From the NCBI GenBank assembly GCA_903944345.1, contig CAJARJ010000001.1, positions 12,339 to 76,338 on the forward strand: a stretch of DNA of 64,000 nucleotides, in the 5' to 3' direction. Shown one piece after another: positions 1 to 8,185 of the stretch. The DNA comes from Candidatus Omnitrophota bacterium. GTDB lineage: Bacteria; Omnitrophota; Gorgyraeia; Zapsychrales; Fredricksoniimonadaceae. The position numbers were made by a program, and so were the translations under genes. The notes beneath the pieces are model-generated. The model made no database searches, was not told the origin of the DNA, and worked only from the letters and a program-made list of their open reading frames with translations. Every line of letters begins with the position of its first letter. Within the stretch, counting starts at the first letter, position 1.

Positions 1-140
1 TCGACTTCGCTGTTAAAATCTCTCTGGTAAACCTCCCATGCCTCAGGGTCCCTGTCCAGTTCTCTCCGAAGAAAAGAGGACTGCCGACGATAATAATACA
101 GCAACCTATTTAAAGAAGGATTTTCCAGAACCAAGCTCAT
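1..140 (-). CDS. Possible 5' end of a minus-strand gene running off the window (ATG at 138-140; partial product MSLVLENPSLNRLLYYYRRQSSFLRR...), unknown function
   Basis: Open frame from ATG at 140 to the window edge with no stop; no similarity recognised. Confidence 0.25.
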   Translation of the reverse strand, partial: MSLVLENPSLNRLLYYYRRQSSFLRRELDRDPEAWEVYQRDFNSEV

Positions 141-181
141 AGCGCATCACCTCAAGTTTGACTGCTTATGACTGCTTATAT

Positions 182-215
182 AAAAAAAATCGGGCTAATA
201 TAGCCCGATTTTTAA
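182..215. terminator. Bidirectional rho-independent terminator-like hairpin (atcgggcta-ata-tagcccgat) flanked by an A-run and a T-run
   Basis: Perfect 9-bp inverted repeat at 189-209 with AAAAAAAA upstream and TTTTTAAT downstream. Confidence 0.55.
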
Positions 216-412
216 TATTTAAATGTTCTGTTGAGCGCATGCCGATAGAATCACGCACGCCCCCCAAACTCATCCTGTGCCATTCGATAACATGAAAACA
301 GGATCAAACAATTATTATGTCCTGACGTCCACATAGGTCGTTATTGTAACATAAGAAAACTTTCTTTTCAATCCTTTATCATCATCTGCATCGAAGCTGC
401 TACACACTTGCC

Positions 413-444
413 AATAAAAAACCCGCGTCTTTATGGACGCGGGT
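413..444 (-). terminator. Rho-independent terminator downstream of the small basic-protein gene
   Basis: acccgcgtc/gacgcgggt 9-bp stem (421-444) followed on the minus strand by TTTTTTTATT. Confidence 0.65.
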
Positions 445-466
445 CAGAAAAATAAGCAACAATCTA

Positions 467-667
467 TCAGGCGGATTTTTCAGCAGCAGCTGCAGCTTCT
501 GCCGCCAGCTTGGCCTTGGCCTCAGCCTCTTTCTTTGCCTGAGCCTGCCAAGCAGATTTATTAACATAATACTTTCCGTTACGATAATAACGCTTCTTGC
601 GCTTGATCGCTTTTCCGGTATTCGCACATTTGAACTTCCACTCATTCTGCGGCTTAACCTTACCCAT
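467..667 (-). CDS. Small (66 aa) highly basic Lys/Ala-rich protein, possibly nucleic-acid binding (histone H1/Hc1-like low-complexity tail)
   Basis: ORF with KRKKRYYRNGKYY and AKKEAEAKAKLAAEAAAAAEK composition; followed by two terminator hairpins. Confidence 0.5.
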   Translation of the reverse strand: MGKVKPQNEWKFKCANTGKAIKRKKRYYRNGKYYVNKSAWQAQAKKEAEAKAKLAAEAAAAAEKSA

Positions 668-894
668 GTTCTTCCTTTTTTCTCAAGAGACTATATCCTG
701 ACGGACAATTCCGCGGGAAAATTTCTGCTTGAAGCGCAAATTATACCCATCTTCCCCAAAATCCGCAAGAAAAATTTACTCTCTAGCCCAATAATACTAA
801 TCTTGCGCTTTTCCTTAAAAAACAGAACAACTGACTTGATTTCCTCCAGACCAACCCCTTGTTTTCATCCGGATATGTGCTAGACTCTAGAAGT

Positions 895-1386
895 ATGAAG
901 AACCTGTTGCCTGTTTTAATAAGTATTGTTCTCTTCGTGCCGAACGCTTGGTCGGCAGGGAAAACTGTAACCCTTAAAGACGGGTCGCGAATTAACGGTC
1001 AGATCGTAGGCATGAGTAACGGCAATTACATTCTTAAGAGTGCTGTAGGAGAAATTGCTGTCCCTGAAAATTCGGTAACCAGTATTGTTACCCAAGACGG
1101 CCTCTCTCCACAAAACACCCCTGCAGCTCAATCTAAAAACAGCACTATGAGCGCCCAAATCCAGGCTGTACAGGGGCAAATGCTTTCTGATCCGTCAATA
1201 CTCACGGACATCCAAGCCCTAGCTCAGGATCCGGACATGATCGCCGCCTTATCTGATCCGGCATTTATCCAAGCAGTACAAAACCAGGATTTGCAAACGA
1301 TTGAATCCAGCCCTCAGTTCCAGAAGCTCATGAACAATCCCGGCATCCGTGCTCTGATGGGCAAAATGGCTCCCAGCCTCGAATAA
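895..1386 (+). CDS. Secreted protein with N-terminal signal peptide and C-terminal tandem STI1/DP-like repeats (DPxxxxxxxxxxDPxxxxAxxDPxxxxA...NPxxxxLMxKM)
   Basis: MKNLLPVLISIVLFVPNAWSA signal; repeats DPSILTDIQALAQDPDMIAALSDPAFIQAVQNQDLQTIESSPQFQKLMNNPGIRALMGKM resemble STI1 heat-shock chaperonin-binding motifs; start moved to the internal ATG at the signal peptide. Confidence 0.65.
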   Translation: MKNLLPVLISIVLFVPNAWSAGKTVTLKDGSRINGQIVGMSNGNYILKSAVGEIAVPENSVTSIVTQDGLSPQNTPAAQSKNSTMSAQIQAVQGQMLSDPSILTDIQALAQDPDMIAALSDPAFIQAVQNQDLQTIESSPQFQKLMNNPGIRALMGKMAPSLE

Positions 1387-1393
1387 CATCCCT

Positions 1394-2449
1394 CTATTTT
1401 TTTTCACTTAACCGCAATTGTCCGCACGCAGCAGAAACATCCTTACCTCGCGCTCGACGCAGTGTGTAATGAAGACCAACCTCATCCAGCCGCTCTGTGA
1501 ACAACCGGATCTGATCTTTTGTCGGCGGCTTGTGACCAAATTCAGAAACAGGATTGCAAGGAATCAGATTCAGCTTGCACAACATCCCTTTCAACAATCG
1601 CCCAAGTTTTACAGCAGCTTCATCCGTGCAAGTTACCCCATCAATAAGAATATATTCAAAAGTAATCTGGCGATTGGTCTTGCGGATATATTCATGGCAG
1701 GCACGCACCAACTCCCCGACAGGATACTTCTTGTTAATCGGCATTAAAAGATTACGGGAAGCATCATCGTAACCGTGCAATGACACCGCCAGCTCAAACT
1801 GCATCCCTTGATCCGCCAATTCCTCAAAAACAGGAATCAGTCCTACTGTCGAAAGCGTTATATGCCTGGCGGCAATCCCCAATCCTTGCGGAGCATTGAT
1901 AATACGAATAGCCTTAAGAACATTGTCCAGGTTATCCAGCGGCTCACCTGTCCCCATAAACACAATATGCGACAACCTGCGCTGATGCTTGCGAGCCTCT
2001 TGCCTGACATGCAAAACCTGATAGAGAATTTCAGCACACGTCAAATTCCTGACCCAGCCACCAACCCCGCTGGCACAAAACTTGCAGCCGAACTTGCAGC
2101 CTGCCTGCGTTGAAATACAGGCCGTCACCCGTCCTGAAGTCGGGATAAGAACAGTCTCGACTTTCTGCTGATCCGTCAAATCAAAAAGAAATTTGATCGT
2201 GCCATCCACGGAAACAACCTGTCGGGCCACGACAATGGGATCAAAAAGAAAATCACCGTTCAGCCGCTGCCTTAATTCTGCCGGCAAGTTACGCATTTCA
2301 TCGAAAGACTGAACGCCTTCTTCATAAAGCCATTTAATAATCTGCCCGGCCCGGAAAGGCCGGTCAGAAAGTTCTGCGATATAAACGGAGATCTCTTCAA
2401 AAGACAGATCGTGGATATCGCGCTTGCGCGCCATCTGGCTGGGTGTCAT
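1394..2449 (-). CDS. rlmN: 23S rRNA (adenine2503-C2)-methyltransferase RlmN, radical SAM
   Basis: CKFGCKFC radical SAM cysteine motif; DGTIKFLF, VETVLIP and C-terminal SAACGQL motifs co-linear with E. coli RlmN; the track start is TTG, so ATG at 2449 is preferred. Confidence 0.9.
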   Translation of the reverse strand: MTPSQMARKRDIHDLSFEEISVYIAELSDRPFRAGQIIKWLYEEGVQSFDEMRNLPAELRQRLNGDFLFDPIVVARQVVSVDGTIKFLFDLTDQQKVETVLIPTSGRVTACISTQAGCKFGCKFCASGVGGWVRNLTCAEILYQVLHVRQEARKHQRRLSHIVFMGTGEPLDNLDNVLKAIRIINAPQGLGIAARHITLSTVGLIPVFEELADQGMQFELAVSLHGYDDASRNLLMPINKKYPVGELVRACHEYIRKTNRQITFEYILIDGVTCTDEAAVKLGRLLKGMLCKLNLIPCNPVSEFGHKPPTKDQIRLFTERLDEVGLHYTLRRARGKDVSAACGQLRLSEKK

Positions 2450-2467
2450 GGCAGTTGCCGAAAGCAA

Positions 2468-3421
2468 TTATTTCGCAGAAACAAATTGACCAATAGAACG
2501 GAATTTTTGGTAACGCTGCTCGATTAAATCGTTCGTAGAAACCGCATTCAGCCGACGAATTTGGTTCAGAATCGACTCTTTAAGCCGGACAACCACCTGC
2601 TGAGGATCGTGATGAGCTCCACCCAGAGGTTCAGGAATGATTTCATCAATAATCCCAAACTTCACCAGATGTTCTCCCGTCAATTTAAGAGCCTCGGCCG
2701 CCTCCGGGGCTTTGGTCGCGCTGCGCCAGAGAATGGACGCGCACCCTTCCGGGGAAATAACCGAATAGTAAGCATTCTGCAGAATCATCACATAATCCGC
2801 CACTGCAATCCCGAGGGCGCCACCGCTACCTCCCTCACCAATCACAACAGCAACAACCGGAGTGCGCAAGCCAGCCATATCTCTCAGGTTTTCGGCGATA
2901 GCCTGAGCCTGTCCGCGTTCTTCAGCCCCGATCCCGGGGTAGGCTCCAGGGGTATCAATAAAAACAACCACCGGAAGACCGAATTTCTCGGCCAGACGCA
3001 TGGCCCGCATGGCCTTGCGATACCCTTCGGGATGCGCACACCCGAAGTTGCGCCTCAAATTCTCTGTGGTATCCCGGCCTTTCTGCTGGCCGATAACGAC
3101 CACCATCTCATCATCAATTCGGGCAAAACCGGTGATCATGGCCTGATCATCGGCAAACAAGCGATCTCCGTGGATTTCAAGAAAATCCGTCATCATCATA
3201 CTGATATAATCCAGCGTATACGGACGCTTGGGATGCCGGGCAATCTGAATACGCTGCCAGGCTGTGAGTTTGGAATAAACCTGAGCCTTGACCAACTCCA
3301 TCTTTTCCTGTAATTTCTGGATCTCCGGCAACAAATCCACATGCTTGCCTCCCAGACTCTGCAGCTCCGCAATCTTCTTTTGTATATCTGCAACCGGTTT
3401 CTCAAAATCCAGAACGCTCAT
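2468..3421 (-). CDS. accA: Acetyl-CoA carboxylase carboxyltransferase alpha subunit
   Basis: MSVLDFEKP...IDTPGAYPGIGAEERGQAQAIAENL...GEGGSGGALGIAV motifs; GGAGG RBS upstream of the ATG at 3421. Confidence 0.9.
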   Translation of the reverse strand: MSVLDFEKPVADIQKKIAELQSLGGKHVDLLPEIQKLQEKMELVKAQVYSKLTAWQRIQIARHPKRPYTLDYISMMMTDFLEIHGDRLFADDQAMITGFARIDDEMVVVIGQQKGRDTTENLRRNFGCAHPEGYRKAMRAMRLAEKFGLPVVVFIDTPGAYPGIGAEERGQAQAIAENLRDMAGLRTPVVAVVIGEGGSGGALGIAVADYVMILQNAYYSVISPEGCASILWRSATKAPEAAEALKLTGEHLVKFGIIDEIIPEPLGGAHHDPQQVVVRLKESILNQIRRLNAVSTNDLIEQRYQKFRSIGQFVSAK

Positions 3422-3456
3422 AAGCCTCCTTGCAAAATGCCTTACTGAGGACGAAA

Positions 3457-4278
3457 TCAATCAACAACCGTCACCTCGGTGTTCCGGGGAAGAATTTTGT
3501 ACAATTCTTCGACTTCATGGTTGCGCATCCGGACGCAGCCAGCCGTAACCTGCTGACCAATCTTGTCCGGCTCCACCGTCCCATGAATACCATAACCCTC
3601 AATATCGAAACCCAACCAGCGGGTCCCCAACACATTGTCCGGGCTTTCCGGAGGAATAACGGCTCCAGCCTTGAACCAGACCGGATTTTCCAGCTTGGTT
3701 GTAATCTTGAACGTGCCCACCGGCGTAGAATTATTAGCACCGGTAGAAACATGATAGACTTTCCAGACTTCGTCGTTGCTCTTGAGTATAAGAACATTTT
3801 GTGATTTGTCGACATGCACACTAAATTTACCGTTCCAGATACGTAAGCGCTGTCCGAGCCTGACCGTATCCCCGGGAAGATTGTTCGAAACCCGGATTAA
3901 ATCCTTTGTTTCGTTATACTTGGCAGAAATCTTGCCCAAAGTGTCACCCGCAACAACTTCATGAATCGTTGTCTGGGGCGTTTGTAAACTCGAAAAAAGA
4001 ATTTCCATATTTATCCGGTACAACGCTTCCTGAACAGTTTCGATATTTTTATAATCGGAATGCTCGCTAAGAATCTGTTGAAAAACCGACTTGGCCTCAA
4101 GCTTCTTTCCTTCACCAGCCAAAGCCTCTGCCTGGGTAAAAAGATCATCCGCCGGAGATGCCGCCAGATTGATCTTGCCTCCGGCCTGCCCACAACCGGC
4201 CAGAAACAACCCGGCAGATACTACCGCCACTCCCCAGATTAACCTTAAATTTCTCACATCTTCCCCCTTGCAACTCAA
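3457..4278 (-). CDS. Lipoprotein L,D-transpeptidase (YkuD domain) with a LysM domain
   Basis: LAGC lipobox; LysM-like HEVVAGDTLGKISAKY; YkuD catalytic region GIHGT...GCVRM. Confidence 0.85.
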   Translation of the reverse strand: MSCKGEDVRNLRLIWGVAVVSAGLFLAGCGQAGGKINLAASPADDLFTQAEALAGEGKKLEAKSVFQQILSEHSDYKNIETVQEALYRINMEILFSSLQTPQTTIHEVVAGDTLGKISAKYNETKDLIRVSNNLPGDTVRLGQRLRIWNGKFSVHVDKSQNVLILKSNDEVWKVYHVSTGANNSTPVGTFKITTKLENPVWFKAGAVIPPESPDNVLGTRWLGFDIEGYGIHGTVEPDKIGQQVTAGCVRMRNHEVEELYKILPRNTEVTVVD

Positions 4279-4739
4279 TAAAAAAGAACCGTTAAGCCTA
4301 TCCCCAGCAAAGAACCGACCAGCACCTGGAAAGGAGTGTGCCCCACAAATTCCCGGATACGAATCATATCGACTTTTTGATGGAAGTACATATCATCTAC
4401 AACCCGATTAAGAATTTCTGCCTGTTCGCCCGTGGAACGCCGTACCCCCTGGGCATCAAACATGGTCACCATCGCGAAAATTGCAGCCAACGCGAAAAAA
4501 CCGGAATGAAAACCAAATTCAATTCCGCAGGCCGTGGCCAACGCAGCTACACCGGCCGCGTGGCTGGAAGGCATCCCTCCGGTTCCAATTAACCACTTAA
4601 AATTAAACCTCTTGCCTCTTATGAGGTTAGTTACAATCTTGATAAACTGCCCGACCACCCAGACCAGCAAGGTCACAATAAGAATTCTGTTGTGCGCCAG
4701 CTGCAGGAAAATCTCTTTTAATTCGGATATATTGTTCAT
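4275..4739 (-). CDS. Divergent PAP2 / DUF212-family membrane protein (acid phosphatase/vanadium haloperoxidase-related)
   Basis: GGMPSSHAA motif and multi-TM profile typical of DUF212. Confidence 0.7.
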   Translation of the reverse strand: MNNISELKEIFLQLAHNRILIVTLLVWVVGQFIKIVTNLIRGKRFNFKWLIGTGGMPSSHAAGVAALATACGIEFGFHSGFFALAAIFAMVTMFDAQGVRRSTGEQAEILNRVVDDMYFHQKVDMIRIREFVGHTPFQVLVGSLLGIGLTVLFY

Positions 4740-4897
4740 GATCCCGGACCAGGATAGGCTTTTTCTGGATTAAAAACACGAATAACGAGATGTCGGCAAA
4801 GAACGCCTGAAACTGAAGTCATTATAAAGGGGAAGAAACAAAAATCAAGCAAAAGAAGGTTCAACCCGCATTTCGACTTTCTAAAGAAAGATTCGGG

Positions 4898-7800
4898 TTA
4901 AAGGCGAATCCAGCCACCAAAAGATTTTACCGGAGCAATTCCTGTTATTACCGGGACAAGGCTGTCAATATTTACAACCTCTGAAATCATGGCCCAATCC
5001 AAAGAGAACGTTTGTCCCGAACGCTCCAAGGGAATTGCACCAGTATCCAGATCGATACCGCCATAACCAGAATCTTCCACAACGGCTGCGGGGTCTTCTA
5101 TTTCCATAAAGTCACCCCCAGAAAGGCGGGAAAAAACCCGGACTCCACCGTCTTCCCCGGTCATCCGAACAGTGTCTATCTGCTTGCTTTCATCTTCTTT
5201 TAAAGCTGCAATAAGATCATCCAGATGCAAAAGACCTTGAATCAGCGGAGCTTTCTGCGTCATTTGCTCAAACAAAAAGTCTGGCATTAACAAATGACCT
5301 GTAGAAGTCCGCCGAGTACTTTCCTCCACAAGGCTCAGTGCATTTTCTCTTGTAGCCGCGACCCGGAAGCTGCCCAAATCTTTAAGCTCGAACAAGCGTC
5401 CTGGCGTAAGCTTATAACCATCTGCAAGCATTATTGTAATCTCATCTCCACCCATCCGGGTCACGAAGTCCTCAATGCCCCAGAATCTTAACTTTTCAAC
5501 AACCCTGTTATATGCCTCTTGAAACTGAATAGTCACCCGGTCAGCCGCCGTTCTCATCAGGGCTTCCCATTGGTCTGAAGAAACCTTGCCCATGCTTTGC
5601 AAAAGAACCTGAAATTCTTCTGCATTCCGCAAACCAAGCCCCACAACATCCATCGCAATGATAGCCGGGTAACGATAACCTGACGCTCTAATGAAAAAAG
5701 CAAATTCGGAGTCTACCTCCGGCAACTTGCTGTTGCTAGAAACAAATTTCACCGCAGTATTTATAAAGGCCTCTGTCCTGGGATCATACGCTATTCTAAA
5801 ATCTTCCTGCTTGTTTCGAATCAATTCACGCAAAGCATTAACCAGAACAAGAACCCGCTGCGCACGATGCCTGGCCCGAATCGGGTCAGTTGACCACTGT
5901 TTGATATAATCTACCGTTTTCAGCAAACTGTAGTACCGCTGAAGTTTCCGATAACTTCCTTCATTGTCAATCAAAAACCGTTCATCAGGACTAAAATCCT
6001 GCCAAGCCGTTCCTTTACGTAACGGTTTCAAAATCTCCGGCTTTAACAACCCGAAAACAACGCCTTCTCGTTCTTGCTCATTAAAGAATCCTTCGCGGGT
6101 CAACTCTTGCCGCAACTGATTCTCTTCGTCAATAACCTCCTGCATATGCTCCTCATAAAACCTGGAGCTGCCGCCAAGCAGTCCTAACGCTGCGAAAGCA
6201 ATCATACGCTCTGCCTGCATAACCGCTTCTGTCTGATTTGTATATCCATCGCCAGTTTCGGCAACACGACTGATCCCATAAGGGAGCGGAAAAAGATATT
6301 CTTCATTAGGACCGGTCAAACTTATCTGCCCTGCAGAAACCTGCGGCGAGGCTAACTCCAGAGAAAGCCTTTCCGTGATCGAAGCAACTGCTCTTTGCCG
6401 GGCACGAACCACGCGCTGCTCAAACTGCAGGTCATTAAAGTCTGCATCATTATCAAAAGTGTAAATCGTGGTCTTGTAATCCGACAACACTATACGGGGG
6501 ACAAGCCCTTCGCTTTGTAAAGCTTTCGTTAAATAGGATCGTGTATCCGCAATCACAAGATTATTCAAAGATTCCCCCAGAATAGCATTAAGATCTTTAA
6601 GCCCCAAACGCCCGGGCGCACTACCCGGACGCTGAAAGACAACGACGCGCCGACCGGAGGGAATGGACATGATCCCCGCCAATGGAGCCGAGCGCAAAAG
6701 TTGCTCGATCAGCACCCTAATGTCCTCAACAGAAATCCGTACTCCTCGCCGATAGAGATCAACAGTCCGGTAAATTCTTTCTATCCAGATAATTTTGCGG
6801 GCCATACGCTGAGCATGTTCCTGCTTCTGCTCAGCCGTCAGTTCGGCCAGATCCAAAGACTCTTCCGGAACAAACTCGAACAACAACGAGGGCTCCTGAT
6901 CTTCCGGAACCAAGGCCATGCCGGTCGCAAACTCCCTGGTTACAGCCAGCAACGCTCCGGATACAACTGCATCCGCAGCTGTCTGCGCCCGATCCAAGGG
7001 AAAATTCTCAACAAAATTAACACCGCCAGAAAAATACCGCCGAGCAATAACTTCTGAATAATCAACGGACACCTCTTCCCGAATCAGAGAAAAAGCTCCC
7101 TTACGAAACGCTTCCATGTAGCGCCCGTAAAGCTGCTTACTGTCATCCGGCCCGGCCAGGTCTATGCCCTTAACCTTGTTCTGCCCGGTATAGCCGGCAT
7201 TAAGAGGACTTCCGGTCAAACCTTCCTTATACCATCTCGCCAAAATAAGCGAATGGTAAATCTGCCGTAGCGGCGCAAAATGATCCGCTTCGTTCACCGC
7301 CTGCTCCAGAAGCGGCACGATCACCTCGCGCAAGATATCATCCATCTGCAAATCCGGCATTGTCTCTGCCGCCGCCGGCTGTTCCCCGGCCTGCGAATGC
7401 GACGAGCGATACTCGCGATCCAGAAGAACCTTTAAGCGGGCTTCAAGAATAATCACCCGGCCGTTATCCTCATATATCCTGGCCTTCGCCGGAGTTACCC
7501 AGACCCTGTTTAGCACATCCGTAGGGACTTCCGTATTGCCGTACATCTCGTAGGCCTTTCGATAAACCTCGGCCCAGAAGCGCTTCCCGCTGACGCTGTC
7601 GGGATGAAGCATAGACGCGGACACCTGCTTAAGCAGATAATCCTGCGCCAGCAAATCTCTTCCCATTTCTGTTCTGGAGAAATCTTCCGGAATAATCCGG
7701 TCTTTGTCATAAGGAGAAAGGTTAACCCATAATTCGCCGGCAGGCACGGTCAGTGCCGCCAGAAAGTAGCGGATCAATCGGGCAGATTCATCTTTAAAAT

Positions 7801-8062
7801 CGTCGGGCTGACCGGAAAGGTTTCCTGTATCGAGAAGAAAGCTGAATTGAAACGGCTTTTGAGGGTCAATTTGCATGCCCTTGAGCACGGGAGGCGTCAG
7901 CGGACGGCCAGGACTGACCATGACACCAGGCATGGGCAATTGGCCAGGAACCGAAAATGTCTCGGCACGAAGCGGTAAAGGTAATGTGAAACAATAAGCT
8001 ACAACAAGAAAACTGGCAATAACCCGACGAAGAAATCCTGCAAAAAAAACAAATACCGACAT
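4898..8062 (-). CDS. Large secreted/membrane-anchored protein, paralog 1 of a three-member family (conserved about 350-aa N-terminal domain, variable middle, shared C-terminal GGIDL tail)
   Basis: Shares PPVLKG...F.F.LD.G...WVNLSPY(E/D)KDRIIPE.F..TEMGRDLLAQDY(V/L)LKQ...(Q/K)RFW..VY...NEG..F..LRQIY.SLILA.WYK...LIREE...RKYF(A/S)GG with ORFs at 8186-10573 and 20655-23990; the track start at 8095 is GTG, so ATG at 8062 is preferred. Confidence 0.8.
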   Translation of the reverse strand: MSVFVFFAGFLRRVIASFLVVAYCFTLPLPLRAETFSVPGQLPMPGVMVSPGRPLTPPVLKGMQIDPQKPFQFSFLLDTGNLSGQPDDFKDESARLIRYFLAALTVPAGELWVNLSPYDKDRIIPEDFSRTEMGRDLLAQDYLLKQVSASMLHPDSVSGKRFWAEVYRKAYEMYGNTEVPTDVLNRVWVTPAKARIYEDNGRVIILEARLKVLLDREYRSSHSQAGEQPAAAETMPDLQMDDILREVIVPLLEQAVNEADHFAPLRQIYHSLILARWYKEGLTGSPLNAGYTGQNKVKGIDLAGPDDSKQLYGRYMEAFRKGAFSLIREEVSVDYSEVIARRYFSGGVNFVENFPLDRAQTAADAVVSGALLAVTREFATGMALVPEDQEPSLLFEFVPEESLDLAELTAEQKQEHAQRMARKIIWIERIYRTVDLYRRGVRISVEDIRVLIEQLLRSAPLAGIMSIPSGRRVVVFQRPGSAPGRLGLKDLNAILGESLNNLVIADTRSYLTKALQSEGLVPRIVLSDYKTTIYTFDNDADFNDLQFEQRVVRARQRAVASITERLSLELASPQVSAGQISLTGPNEEYLFPLPYGISRVAETGDGYTNQTEAVMQAERMIAFAALGLLGGSSRFYEEHMQEVIDEENQLRQELTREGFFNEQEREGVVFGLLKPEILKPLRKGTAWQDFSPDERFLIDNEGSYRKLQRYYSLLKTVDYIKQWSTDPIRARHRAQRVLVLVNALRELIRNKQEDFRIAYDPRTEAFINTAVKFVSSNSKLPEVDSEFAFFIRASGYRYPAIIAMDVVGLGLRNAEEFQVLLQSMGKVSSDQWEALMRTAADRVTIQFQEAYNRVVEKLRFWGIEDFVTRMGGDEITIMLADGYKLTPGRLFELKDLGSFRVAATRENALSLVEESTRRTSTGHLLMPDFLFEQMTQKAPLIQGLLHLDDLIAALKEDESKQIDTVRMTGEDGGVRVFSRLSGGDFMEIEDPAAVVEDSGYGGIDLDTGAIPLERSGQTFSLDWAMISEVVNIDSLVPVITGIAPVKSFGGWIRL

Positions 8063-8185
8063 GACCTCATCCCACCTTCTATTAACCCAAATCACTAATA
8101 ATTATTTGATAAACATATAAAATATAACAAACTATATCCTGTATTATGTACTTTGGCAAGGATCGAGGAAACCCCGAATCCGAAT

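Noticed and set aside
163-183. Short tandem direct repeat gactgcttat x2
   Set aside because: Only two copies of 10 bp in an intergenic region; no evidence of function.
4853-4890. Candidate terminator hairpin after paralog 1 (aacccg...cgggtt)
   Set aside because: The stem is only 6 bp with a very long loop. It might still contribute to termination but is too weak to list as a feature.
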